Source of the DNA: an uncultured Candidatus Planktophila sp.
Lineage (GTDB): Bacteria; Pseudomonadota; Alphaproteobacteria; Rhodobacterales; Rhodobacteraceae
NCBI GenBank assembly: GCA_964352385.1
Contig: CAYGRU010000004.1
Span: 27,926 to 91,925 of the forward strand
DNA: 64,000 nt
Direction: 5' to 3'
How positions within the stretch are numbered: position 1 is the first letter of the stretch; each line of letters starts with the position of its first letter. Below, piece after piece: positions 30,390 to 39,758 of the stretch. The position numbers were made by a program, and so were the translations under genes. The notes beneath the pieces are model-generated. The model ran no database searches and was not told the DNA's origin. It saw nothing but the letters and a program-made list of their open reading frames with translations.

Positions 30390-31916
30390 ATGCACATGAT
30401 CGCAATCGGGACGGGTTTCGCGCAGAGGCCGCGACAGGTGGAGCGGGTGGCGCTGATCGCTGTCGCGCTGACGGTGCTGGTCGATCACTGGCTGTGGGCC
30501 GATCAACCGGGCGGCGCGCTGGCGATGGTGATGCTGGTGCTGCCGCTGGTCGCGGTGGCATTGCAGGCCGGGCGTCGGCCCGTGCGGCCCCTGATGCTGG
30601 CTGCCGGTCTGGCGCTGATCGCGCCGCTGCCGCTGGCGGAGGCGACATCGCTGTTGTCCTTCACCGTCTCGGCCACTTTCGCAGCGCTTGCGGTATTGTT
30701 CGCCGCCGGTCGCCTGCCGCAAACATGGGGCGGGCTGGCGGCGCGGCTGTTCGGGTTCGCCCTGTCCTTGCCTGCCCGCCTGCCCATCGACCTGTTGCGC
30801 CTCAGGCGGCTTGATCGGCGCGGGGCGGCGCTGGCTGCACCGCAGCGCTGGCGGCAGGTTCGCCTGCTCTTGATGCCCGCTGGGTTGGGCCTTGTTTTCC
30901 TCGGCCTCTTTGCCGAGGCGAACCCGGTGATCGAGGGGGTGCTTCGCGGGTTCGATCCGTTGCGATGGCTGGGCGGGGTGAACGGCTGGCGGCTGGTCTG
31001 GCTTGGTTGTCTCCTGCTCATCATCTGGGGCTTCCTGCGTCCGGGTCATCTGTTCGCCAATACACCTGCCAACAGAGGGTCGCGGCGCGCGCGCCCGCCC
31101 CTGACCGGGGATAGCTTCGGCGCGGCGGCAATCCTGCGCGCCCTGATCCTGTTCAACGCGATCTTCGCGGTGGAGACGGCGCTGGATCTCTGGCTGCTCT
31201 GGGGCGGTGGTGCGCTGCCGGAGGGGATGACATTCGCCGAATACGCGCATCGCGGGACCTATCCCCTGATCGTCACCGCTTTGCTGGCCGCTGCGTTCGT
31301 CTTGATCGCGCTCCGCCCCGGCAGCGCGGCGGCGGAAAGCCGGATCATCCGCGTGCTGGTCTATGTCTGGATCGCGCAGACGATCCTGCTGGTCGGATCG
31401 GCGATCCACCGCACCGACCTTTATGTCGGCGTCTATGGCCTGACCTTTCTGCGGATCGCCGCGTTCATCTGGATGGGCCTTGTTGCGGGTGGGCTGGCGC
31501 TGATCGTCGCGCGCATCGCGCTGCGCCGGACTGCGGACTGGCTGATCGGGGCCAATCTGGTGATGCTGGGCCTTGTGCTGTTCATCGCATGTTTCGTCGA
31601 TTTCACCGCGATGATATCCCATCGCAACATCGACCGGCGCGGCGATGACGGCGCGGCGATGCTGGATATCGAATACATCGTTTCCCTTGGCCCGCACGCG
31701 ATTCCGGCGGTGGACAAGGTGCTGGCGGCGGGCGAAGCGCCCGACACGTATCGCGGCTTTGCCACATGGTTGCGCGACTGGCGCGAGGGTGCTGCCGATG
31801 CGCACCGCGCCGCGATGATCGACTGGCGGGCATGGACCCGGCGCGATCTGGCGCTTTTATCCTATCTCGACGCGCAGCCGAATGCGCCGCATACTCAGCC
31901 AGAGGATCATCCATGA
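30390..31916 (+). CDS. polytopic membrane protein, DUF4173/DUF4153-like
   Basis: About 508 aa from ATG 30390 (MHMIAIG...), many TM helices. Stop overlaps the response-regulator start (ATGA at 31913-31916). Confidence 0.6.
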   Translation: MHMIAIGTGFAQRPRQVERVALIAVALTVLVDHWLWADQPGGALAMVMLVLPLVAVALQAGRRPVRPLMLAAGLALIAPLPLAEATSLLSFTVSATFAALAVLFAAGRLPQTWGGLAARLFGFALSLPARLPIDLLRLRRLDRRGAALAAPQRWRQVRLLLMPAGLGLVFLGLFAEANPVIEGVLRGFDPLRWLGGVNGWRLVWLGCLLLIIWGFLRPGHLFANTPANRGSRRARPPLTGDSFGAAAILRALILFNAIFAVETALDLWLLWGGGALPEGMTFAEYAHRGTYPLIVTALLAAAFVLIALRPGSAAAESRIIRVLVYVWIAQTILLVGSAIHRTDLYVGVYGLTFLRIAAFIWMGLVAGGLALIVARIALRRTADWLIGANLVMLGLVLFIACFVDFTAMISHRNIDRRGDDGAAMLDIEYIVSLGPHAIPAVDKVLAAGEAPDTYRGFATWLRDWREGAADAHRAAMIDWRAWTRRDLALLSYLDAQPNAPHTQPEDHP

Positions 31917-32602
31917 CCAAGACCGTTCTGATCGCCGACGACGACCCGCATATCCGCGAGGTGATCCGCTTTGCCCTGTCGAAAGAGGGGCTGCACGTGG
32001 TCGAGGCCGCTGACGGGGCGGAGGCGCTGGCGAAATTCGCCGATGCCGTGCCCGACCTGATCGTGCTCGATGTCGGGATGCCGGAGGCGGACGGGCTGGA
32101 TGTCTGCCGCGAAATCCGCAAGACGCACCAGACCCCGATCCTGTTCCTGTCGGCCCGCGACGAGGAGATCGACCGTATTCTCGGCCTCGAAATCGGCGGC
32201 GACGATTATGTCGGCAAACCGTTCTCGCCGCGCGAATTGACGGCGCGGGTGAAGGCGATCCTGAAACGGGCCGACCCCGCGCCGGTGCCGGACGAGGTGC
32301 TGCGCCACGGCGCGCTGACCATCAACCCCGGCCCGCATGAGGCGGCGTTCAACGATGTGCCGTTGAAGCTGACGCCACTGGAATTTTCGATCCTTGCCGC
32401 GCTGATCCGCAAGAAGGACCGCGTCGTTGCCCGCGATGACCTGTCGGCGGCGGCGTACAAGCTGAATGTCCACGTGTCGTCCCGCACCATCGACAGCCAT
32501 GTGCGCAATATTCGGCAAAAGCTGACCGATGCCGGGTCCGGCCCCGCCATCGAAACCGTCCACGGGGTCGGCTTTCGCATCGGGGCCTGCCTGCCGGAAT
32601 GA
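31913..32602 (+). CDS. OmpR-family response regulator
   Basis: MTKTVLIADDDPHIREVIRFAL...VLDVGMPEADGLDVCREIR receiver domain plus winged helix (VHGVGFRI). Confidence 0.9.
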   Translation: MTKTVLIADDDPHIREVIRFALSKEGLHVVEAADGAEALAKFADAVPDLIVLDVGMPEADGLDVCREIRKTHQTPILFLSARDEEIDRILGLEIGGDDYVGKPFSPRELTARVKAILKRADPAPVPDEVLRHGALTINPGPHEAAFNDVPLKLTPLEFSILAALIRKKDRVVARDDLSAAAYKLNVHVSSRTIDSHVRNIRQKLTDAGSGPAIETVHGVGFRIGACLPE

Positions 32603-34164
32603 CCCAGCGGCGGCGCAGATTCCGGCTCTCCATCCGCGCTGCCGTCCTCTTGATGCTGCTGATCGCGGTGCTGACGCCGATGATCGGGCTGTTCTTCTTT
32701 CGCGTTTTCGAAAACCAGTTGATCCGCAAGACGGAGGCGGAACTGATCGGCCAGAGCGCCGCACTGGCCGCGATCTATCGGCGCGATATAGAACAGGCGA
32801 AGATTCCTGCCAGCGATCTGGGCGCGGTCGCGCCGCGCGATGTTCAGGCCGGATACCGCGTCGCGTTCTCGCCCTTTGGTGCTTCGCTCGATCTGGCGCG
32901 CGACCCGGTGCTGCCGCCGCGCCCGATCCCGCGCGATGCGCCGCCGCTGGACCCGGCTTACGGTGCGCTCGGCATCGCGCTGGAGCCGGTGATCGAGGAA
33001 ACCCGGCGGCGCACGCTGGCCGGTCTGCAACTGCTCGACCCGAAGGGCACCGTTCTGACCGGGTCCGAGGTTGGTCGCTCGCTCGCCCATGTTCCCGAGG
33101 TTGCGGAGGCGCTGGAGGGGCGGCTGGCGCGGCAGCTTCGCACCCGCCTGCGCGCCCGCCCCGCGCCGTTCATCTATTACCTGACCAAGGGCGCGAGCCT
33201 CCGCATCTTCATCGCCTTTCCGGTGATCGTGCAGGGGCGTGTCGCCGGGGTTGTCTATGCCTCGCGAACCCCCGCGCATGTGATGCAGGTCGCCTGGGCG
33301 GAACGGCGGAGCCTCGCGCTGGCCGCCGCTGCCACGCTGATCGCGATGATGTTGATCGGCCTGATCGCCGCGCGTGCCGTGACCGGCCCGATCCGCGCTC
33401 TGACCGCCCGCACCCGCGCCATCGCCGCCGGGGACCGTGACGCGATGCGCCCGCTGGAGCGGTCGGGGACGCGCGAGATCGAGGAATTGTCGGACATGTT
33501 CCTGCGCACCTCGCGCAAGCTGCACGACCGATCCGCGCAGGTCGCCGCCTTCGCCGCCCATGTCAGCCACGAGCTGAAATCACCCCTGACCGCGATTCAG
33601 GGCGCGGCTGAACTGATCCGCGATGCCGAGGACCAGATGACAGCGGCGGAGCGGCGCGGGTTTCTGGGCAATATCGTGGCGGATGCGGAGCGGATGACGG
33701 CGCTGGTGCGCCGCCTGCTCGACCTCGCGCGGGCGGAGACGGAGCAGGCCAGCGGCAGCACGACCATCGCCGCTGCCATCGCCGCAGTCGCCGCCGATGT
33801 CACCATCCCGCTGACGATCACCCTGACGGGCGACGGCACGGCGCAGATCGCCCGCGACCGCCTCGCGGCGATCTTGACGATGCTGGCAGACAACGCCGCC
33901 CGCCACGGCGCGACCCGGCTGGCCATCACGGCGACCGCGGCGGCGGGCCGGACCCTTTTGCGGATCGAGGATGACGGCGAAGGCATCTCCGCTGCCAACC
34001 GCGCGAAGGTGTTCGAGCCCTTCTTCACCACCCGCCGCGCCAGTGGCGGCACCGGCATGGGCCTGTCCATCGCCCGCGCGATGCTGGAGGCGCATGACGG
34101 CACGATCCGGCTGGGAGAGGGCGGCAACGGAGCGGTGTTCGAGGTGGAACTGCCGGTGGGGTGA
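32599..34164 (+). CDS. sensor histidine kinase (TM-periplasmic-TM-HAMP-HisKA-HATPase)
   Basis: Overlaps the RR stop. H-box HVSHELKSPLTAIQGAAELI, DDGEGIS, GGTGMGLSIA. Confidence 0.88.
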   Translation: MTQRRRRFRLSIRAAVLLMLLIAVLTPMIGLFFFRVFENQLIRKTEAELIGQSAALAAIYRRDIEQAKIPASDLGAVAPRDVQAGYRVAFSPFGASLDLARDPVLPPRPIPRDAPPLDPAYGALGIALEPVIEETRRRTLAGLQLLDPKGTVLTGSEVGRSLAHVPEVAEALEGRLARQLRTRLRARPAPFIYYLTKGASLRIFIAFPVIVQGRVAGVVYASRTPAHVMQVAWAERRSLALAAAATLIAMMLIGLIAARAVTGPIRALTARTRAIAAGDRDAMRPLERSGTREIEELSDMFLRTSRKLHDRSAQVAAFAAHVSHELKSPLTAIQGAAELIRDAEDQMTAAERRGFLGNIVADAERMTALVRRLLDLARAETEQASGSTTIAAAIAAVAADVTIPLTITLTGDGTAQIARDRLAAILTMLADNAARHGATRLAITATAAAGRTLLRIEDDGEGISAANRAKVFEPFFTTRRASGGTGMGLSIARAMLEAHDGTIRLGEGGNGAVFEVELPVG

Positions 34165-34216
34165 GGGGGCGATTCTGCTTTTTCCCGCGCACTGACCAGA
34201 CCGCCGCCGCCTGACC

Positions 34217-35629
34217 TTACCCCGTCCACGGGCCGTGATGGCCGCTGCCGTCACGGTCCACCCGTTCAAACCCGTGGTGGCCGAAGAAATCGCGCTGAAT
34301 CTGGATCAGGTTCGCGGTGCCCCGTGCCGTGCGGTAGCTGTCGAAATAGCTCAGCGCCGATGACAGGGCTGGCACCGCGATGCCGTGGGTGGCGGCGGCT
34401 GCCACGACGCGGCGCAGCCCGCCTTCATGGCGGCGCATCAGGTCGGCAAAGAAGGGCGTCGCCATCAGGTTCAATTCCGGCATGTCGGCAAGGGCGCGGG
34501 CGATATCGTCGAGCAGGACGGACCGGATGATGCACCCGGCCCGCCAGACGCGGGCAATCGCCGCGAAATCCAGCCCCCACGCATATTCGGCGGAGGCCGC
34601 CTTGAAGACCTCAAATCCCTGCGCATAGGCGGCGATCTTGCCCGCGATCAGCGCGCTTTCCAGCAGGGCAAAGCCCTCCGCCCCCAAGGCGTCACCGATC
34701 GGTGTCGGGCCGGGGCCGAACAGCGCCTCCATCTTCTGCCGCTCGGTCTTGCGGGCGGACAGGCCGCGCGCGCCGACTGCCGCCTCCATCGCCGGGGCGG
34801 GGGCGGACAGGTGCAGTGCCTCCACCGCCGACCAGCGACCGGTGCCCTTCTGACCGGCACGATCCTGAATCACGTCGATCAGCGGCTGCCCGGTGTCGGT
34901 ATCGGTGACCGCTAGCGTCTGGCCTGTAATCTCGATCAGGAAGGATGCCAGCGGTCCCTCGTTCCAGGCGGTGAACTGCGCGGCCATCGCGGGAGCCGTC
35001 ATGCCCATCCCGTCGCGCATCACGCCATAAACCTCGGCGATCATCTGCATGTCGGCATATTCGATGCCGTTATGGATGGTCTTGACGAAATGTCCCGCGC
35101 CGTCCGGCCCGAACCAGTCGCAACAGGGCACGCCATCATGGCTGGCCGAGATCGCCTTCAGCGGACCCTCGACGCGCGACCAGAGCGCGGGGGAGCCGCC
35201 TGCCATGATCGCCGGGCCGTTGCGCGCACCCTCCGCCCCGCCGGACACACCGAGACCGAGAAAGGCGAATCCCTCCGCCTCCAGCGCCGCAGTGCGGCGC
35301 CTCGTGTCGTGAAAATTGGCGTTTCCGGCGTCGATCAGGAGATCGCCTTTCGACAGGAGCGGGCGGTATTCGTCGATGATCCGATCGACCAGCGGCCCGG
35401 CGGGGACAAGCAGGATGATCGGGCGCGGCGCGGCGATGCTCGCGATCAGAACCTCCGGCGTCTCGCAGATCTCGATGGCGCCGGTCATGCCCTCCGCCTG
35501 CCCGGCGCAGGCGGTCATCTTGTCGAAATCACGATCATGAATCGCGACGGTAAATCCTTTCGACGCCAGATTCAGCGACAGCGCCGCCCCCATGACGCCC
35601 ACACCAATCAGCCCGATATCTGCCGCCAT
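34217..35629 (-). CDS. gnd: NADP-dependent 6-phosphogluconate dehydrogenase (decarboxylating)
   Basis: MAADIGLIGVGVMGAALSLNLASKGF Rossmann start, GAGHFVKTIHNGIEYADMQ, DRAGQKGTGRW. ATG 35629 chosen inside the longer ORF. Confidence 0.92.
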   Translation of the reverse strand: MAADIGLIGVGVMGAALSLNLASKGFTVAIHDRDFDKMTACAGQAEGMTGAIEICETPEVLIASIAAPRPIILLVPAGPLVDRIIDEYRPLLSKGDLLIDAGNANFHDTRRRTAALEAEGFAFLGLGVSGGAEGARNGPAIMAGGSPALWSRVEGPLKAISASHDGVPCCDWFGPDGAGHFVKTIHNGIEYADMQMIAEVYGVMRDGMGMTAPAMAAQFTAWNEGPLASFLIEITGQTLAVTDTDTGQPLIDVIQDRAGQKGTGRWSAVEALHLSAPAPAMEAAVGARGLSARKTERQKMEALFGPGPTPIGDALGAEGFALLESALIAGKIAAYAQGFEVFKAASAEYAWGLDFAAIARVWRAGCIIRSVLLDDIARALADMPELNLMATPFFADLMRRHEGGLRRVVAAAATHGIAVPALSSALSYFDSYRTARGTANLIQIQRDFFGHHGFERVDRDGSGHHGPWTG

Positions 35630-35923
35630 GACCTGTCCCCGGAATGCGATCATCTGTTTTGCCTGACTTTTCAGCAGAAAATGCGATTTGGAAAGGGGCA
35701 CCTGCCGTGATCGTCTGTTTTCGACAGGGGGAGTTCGGTTCCAGACGGTCGGCGCAATCTGACGCCACCATTATGGGCGCGCGCGGACAGCGATGGCGTC
35801 GCTGTGCATTCCTGCCGGAATGATGCGCGGCCGGACGTGAGACCGGTCAAAATCCTGAACGCCCGGATGAGTTTATTCCGGGCCCCTTGCTGGCAAACCC
35901 GGAGCAACCAGAAGGGGAGCATC

Positions 35924-37144
35924 ATGCTCGACACAACGACCCGCCCGGGGCATCTCCGGTTTCCGAACGGCGAAAAGGCCCCTGCGATTTTCTCTGCCGC
36001 GGAATACGAACGCAGGCTCGCCGCGCTTCGGCGGATCATGGCGCAGCACGACCTTGATGCGGTTGTGCTGACATCCATGCACGGCATCCATTATCACAGC
36101 GGTTTCCTCTATTGCAGTTTTGGCCGCCCCTATGCGCTGGTGGTCGATGCAGATCGCGCCACCACTGTTTCTGCAATGATCGACGCGGGCCAACCGGGCC
36201 GGCGGAGCCACGGGGAAAACCTCGTCTATACCGATTGGCGGCGTGACAATTTCCAGAACGCCGTTGCGTCGCTGACCGGGGCCGCACGGCGGATCGGGAT
36301 CGAGGGCGATCACCTGACCCTCGCGGCCCACAAGGCGTTGGCGTCCGCCCATCCACAAGCAACGCTGATCGACATCGCACCCGACACGATGCGCGCGCGC
36401 ATGATCAAATCACCGGAGGAAATTGCCCTGATCCGCGAAGGCGCGCGCATCGCCGATCTGGGCGGCGAGGCGATCCGCGCCGCCATCCGCCCCGGAGCGC
36501 GCGAAATCGACGTTGCAATGGCAGGGCGCAACGCGATGGAGCAGGAAATCGCCCGCGCCCATCCAGATACCGAATTGCGCGACAACTGGGTCTGGTTTCA
36601 ATCGGGCCTCAACACCGACGGTGCCCATAACCCGGTCACGACGAGGGTGCTGGAGCAAGGCGATATCCTCAGCCTCAACACCTTCCCGATGATCGCCGGC
36701 TACTACACCGCGCTTGAACGCACCCTGTTCCTCGGCGAGCCTGACCCGGCCTCGCTGAAGATATGGGAGGCGAATGTCGGCGCGCATGAATTGGGGATCC
36801 GCCTGATCCGGCCCGGCGCGAAATGCTCCGACATCTGTGCGGAGATCAACGAGTTTTTCGCGGCGCGGAACCTTCTGCAATTCCGCAGCTTTGGCTACGG
36901 CCATTCCTTCGGGGTGCTGAGCCATTACTATGGCCGCGAGGCAGGGCTGGAACTGCGCGAGGATATCGACACCGTGCTCGCGCCCGGCATGGTGATCTCG
37001 ATGGAGCCGATGCTGACCGTGCCTCAGGGGCAACCGGGCGCGGGCGGATACCGTGAGCATGACATTCTGGTCATCGGTGAAGACGGCGCCGAAAACATCA
37101 CCGGCTTCCCCTATGGACCGGAGGCGAACATCATCGCCATGTGA
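35924..37144 (+). CDS. creatinase (creatine amidinohydrolase)
   Basis: Near-colinear similarity by eye to Pseudomonas putida creatinase as I remember it: FLYCSFGRPYALVV, WFQSGLNTDGAHNPVTTR, FPMIAGYYTALERTLFL, FGYGHSFGVLSHYYGREAGLELREDIDTVL, GAGGYREHDILV. GAAGGGGA RBS before ATG 35924. Confidence 0.9.
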   Translation: MLDTTTRPGHLRFPNGEKAPAIFSAAEYERRLAALRRIMAQHDLDAVVLTSMHGIHYHSGFLYCSFGRPYALVVDADRATTVSAMIDAGQPGRRSHGENLVYTDWRRDNFQNAVASLTGAARRIGIEGDHLTLAAHKALASAHPQATLIDIAPDTMRARMIKSPEEIALIREGARIADLGGEAIRAAIRPGAREIDVAMAGRNAMEQEIARAHPDTELRDNWVWFQSGLNTDGAHNPVTTRVLEQGDILSLNTFPMIAGYYTALERTLFLGEPDPASLKIWEANVGAHELGIRLIRPGAKCSDICAEINEFFAARNLLQFRSFGYGHSFGVLSHYYGREAGLELREDIDTVLAPGMVISMEPMLTVPQGQPGAGGYREHDILVIGEDGAENITGFPYGPEANIIAM

Positions 37145-37152
37145 ATGCAAAA

Positions 37153-37182
37153 GGGGCGGGCACCGCGATCAGTGCCCGCCCC
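37153..37182. terminator. bidirectional hairpin between convergent creatinase and ispB
   Basis: GGGGCGGGCAC-cgcgatca-GTGCCCGCCCC, an 11-bp perfect stem flanked by A-rich (left) and A/T-rich (right) sequence. Confidence 0.7.
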
Positions 37183-37237
37183 ATAAAGTCCACTTCCCCC
37201 AAATATCCAGACGCAATGGCCCGCGCGGGGCGCAGAG

Positions 37238-38233
37238 TCAGTGTGCCCGTGCGACCACGAATTCCACGATGTCCACCAGCGCCGCCTTCACGTCACTGTC
37301 GGGAAACGCATCCAGCGCCGCAACAGCCGTTGCGCCCCATTCGCGGGCGCGCAGGCTGGTGCGGCTCAACGCATCATGGGCGGTGAAATAGGCCAGCGCC
37401 TGTTCCAGATCGCCGTCTTTCTGATCGTGATCCTCGATCACCCGTTCCCAGAACGCGGCCTCGTCGCCGTCGCTTTCGGCGACGCAGATCAGCACCGGCA
37501 GGGTGGCTTTCCCCTCGCGGAAATCGTCCCCGACATTCTTGCCCATCTTTGCCGATGACCCGCCATAATCCAACACGTCATCGACCAACTGGAACGCGAT
37601 GCCGAGCGCGTCGCCATAATCGCGCAGCGCCTTCACCTGATGTTCGGGTGCTTCGGCGACCACGCCGCCGACCTCCGCCGCCGCTGCGAACAGTTCCGCT
37701 GTCTTGCCCCGGATCACCTGAAAATATCGCGCCTCACCGCCGGAAAGATCGTTCTGCGCGGTCAGTTGCAGCACCTCGCCCTCGGCGATGACGGCGGAGG
37801 CCCCGGCGAGGATGTCGAGCACGCGCAGGCTGCCGGTTTCCACCATCAACTGAAAGGATCGGGCGAAAAGGTAATCGCCGACCAGCACGCTTTGCTGGTT
37901 GCCGAACAGGATATTGGCCGTCGGGCGGCCACGCCGCTGGCCGCTTTCATCGACCACATCGTCATGCAGCAGGGTCGCGGTGTGGATGAACTCCACCGCC
38001 GCTGCCAGCCGGATCTGATGGTCGCCGCCATAGCCGCACATCTTTGCCGCCGCGAGGGTCAGGACAGGGCGCAGGCGCTTGCCGCCCGCCTCGATCAGGT
38101 GCGCCGACAACTCGGGGATGCGCGGCGCGTGTTCCGATGCCATCCGTTCCCGTATCGTGGTGTTCACCGCCGCCATTTCAGGTGCAACCAGTGCGGACAG
38201 GCGGGTAAAGGCATCGGCTTCGGGATCAGACAA
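37238..38233 (-). CDS. ispB: polyprenyl (octaprenyl/decaprenyl) diphosphate synthase
   Basis: GGKRLRPVLTLAAA, FIHTATLLHDDVVDES (first DDxxD), FQLVDDVLDY (second DDxxD). No in-frame ATG near the expected N-terminus; TTG at 38233 with GAGAGG RBS proposed. The rest of the 646-aa ORF overlaps real plus-strand genes. Confidence 0.85.
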   Translation of the reverse strand: MSDPEADAFTRLSALVAPEMAAVNTTIRERMASEHAPRIPELSAHLIEAGGKRLRPVLTLAAAKMCGYGGDHQIRLAAAVEFIHTATLLHDDVVDESGQRRGRPTANILFGNQQSVLVGDYLFARSFQLMVETGSLRVLDILAGASAVIAEGEVLQLTAQNDLSGGEARYFQVIRGKTAELFAAAAEVGGVVAEAPEHQVKALRDYGDALGIAFQLVDDVLDYGGSSAKMGKNVGDDFREGKATLPVLICVAESDGDEAAFWERVIEDHDQKDGDLEQALAYFTAHDALSRTSLRAREWGATAVAALDAFPDSDVKAALVDIVEFVVARAH

Positions 38234-38297
38234 AACGCACCTCTCATCGGCGTGCCCTCTCGACCTTTCGGGCGGACAATGCCTATGGTTCGCAGAT

Positions 38298-38513
38298 ATG
38301 GAAGAGCTGCTGAAAACCAACGATCCCACGATCATCAGTTTCGCCACCGCCCTCCTCGGCGCGGAGGATATAGACTGCTTCGTATTCGACGTCCACACGA
38401 GTGTCCTCGAAGGATCGCTGGGCATCCTGCCGCGACGTCTGATGGTGTCGCGCGCGAATGCGTTCATGGCCCGTGCCATCCTGCGCGACAATGATATCTC
38501 GCTCAGCTCGTGA
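38298..38513 (+). CDS. DUF2007 domain-containing protein (putative signal-transducing, P-II-like fold)
   Basis: MEELLKTNDPTIISFATALLGAEDIDCFVFDVHTSVLEGSLGILPRRLMV..., 71 aa. Confidence 0.6.
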   Translation: MEELLKTNDPTIISFATALLGAEDIDCFVFDVHTSVLEGSLGILPRRLMVSRANAFMARAILRDNDISLSS

Positions 38514-39250
38514 CCTGTGCCGATGATGACCTGACAGAGGATGCGTTGCTTGGCGGGCGGGTGCGCCTGATGCAGCCGAGGCGCGGCTATCGCGCCGCGA
38601 CCGACCCGGTTCTGCTGGCGGCGGCGGTGGCGGCGCAGCCCGGTCAGGCGGTGCTCGACATCGGGTGCGGCGCGGGTGCTGTCGCGGCCTGCCTTTCGGC
38701 ACGGGTGCCGGGGCTGGTTCTGCATGGGCTGGAGGTGCAGGCGGATTATGCAGCGCTCGCCCGCCGCAACCTGCCGCAGATGGAGGTGTGGGAGGGTGAC
38801 CTCATCAGCCCGCCTGCCGAGCTGAAGGGCATTGCCTTTGACTGGGTCATCACCAACCCGCCGTTCTTTGACGAGGCCGATGCGCGTTCCCCCGATCCGG
38901 GCCGCGATACCGCGCGGCGCGAGACGGTATCGGCACAGGACTGGGTCGCGGCCAGCCTGCGCCGGGTCCGGTCCGGGGGCCGCATCGCGATCATTCATCT
39001 GGTCGAACGCCTGCCGGAGGTGATCGTCGGGCTGTCCGGTGCGGGCGACATCGCGATCCTTCCGTTGCAGCCGCGCGCTATGAAGCCTGCGAAACGCATG
39101 ATCGTCACGGCGCGCAAGGGGGCGAGGGGACCCCTGCGCCTGTTGCCGCCGTTGATCCTGCATGATGGTCCCGCGCATGTCGCGGATGGCGATGATTTCA
39201 GCGACGCCGCACAGGCCATCTTGCGCGACGGGGCGGCGCTTCCCACGTGA
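38510..39250 (+). CDS. SAM-dependent methyltransferase, tRNA(m6A37) YfiC/TrmN6-like
   Basis: GTG overlapping the previous stop. VLDIGCGAGAVAACL SAM motif and ITNPPFF (NPPF/Y N6-adenine motif). Confidence 0.75.
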   Translation: MTCADDDLTEDALLGGRVRLMQPRRGYRAATDPVLLAAAVAAQPGQAVLDIGCGAGAVAACLSARVPGLVLHGLEVQADYAALARRNLPQMEVWEGDLISPPAELKGIAFDWVITNPPFFDEADARSPDPGRDTARRETVSAQDWVAASLRRVRSGGRIAIIHLVERLPEVIVGLSGAGDIAILPLQPRAMKPAKRMIVTARKGARGPLRLLPPLILHDGPAHVADGDDFSDAAQAILRDGAALPT

Positions 39251-39364
39251 TTATTGCAGCGTTAACGCGTCCTGCAGAAACATTTGCAAAGATTTGATGA
39301 CAGGTCGATCCGGTAGTGCTCTACTTTCTGTCACTAAATCAAAACGCACAAATGGAGGTGTCCA

Positions 39365-39544
39365 ATGAGCCTGTCTTCCCACCTGGTGGAGCTTCGCAGA
39401 AAACACGCCGCCCTCGAACAGACCATCGAGAAAGAGGTCCGCAGCCCCGGTGCCAGCGACCTCGGCATTGCTGAATTGAAAAAGGAAAAACTGCGCCTCA
39501 AGGACGAGATAGCGCGACTTTCCAACTCGGACACGCTGCACTAG
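39365..39544 (+). CDS. DUF465 (YdcH-like) small protein, 59 aa
   Basis: Hand translated: MSLSSHLVELRRKHAALEQTIEKEVRSPGASDLGIAELKKEKLRLKDEIARLSNSDTLH. GGAGG RBS, followed by a terminator. Below the ORF-track length cut-off. Confidence 0.75.
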   Translation: MSLSSHLVELRRKHAALEQTIEKEVRSPGASDLGIAELKKEKLRLKDEIARLSNSDTLH

Positions 39545-39567
39545 ATCGAAAGACATGCACGGATGAC

Positions 39568-39599
39568 AGGCGGGGCGCACGAGCGACCCGCCTTTTTTG
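39568..39599 (+). terminator. rho-independent terminator after DUF465 gene
   Basis: AGGCGGG-gcgcacgagcga-CCCGCCT followed by TTTTTG. Confidence 0.75.
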
Positions 39600-39758
39600 T
39601 GCCCGTTGTTCGGCCCCGATGGTGCCGCACCAATTTCGGTTCACGCCGGTCCCCCTGCCCGATTCGATTTCGCGAAATCCACGCAGCACGGCGCGTTCCT
39701 TTCATCCGCCGCCATGTCTGCCGGTCGAAGATGTGCAGTTCGGCACGGATCGCGCCGT

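Noticed and set aside
37238-39178. 646-aa minus-strand ORF suggesting a giant fusion protein
   Set aside because: Only the C-terminal 331 codons (37238-38233) are polyprenyl synthase. The upstream part overlaps the well-supported plus-strand DUF2007 and methyltransferase genes and is Arg-rich. It is an open-frame artefact.
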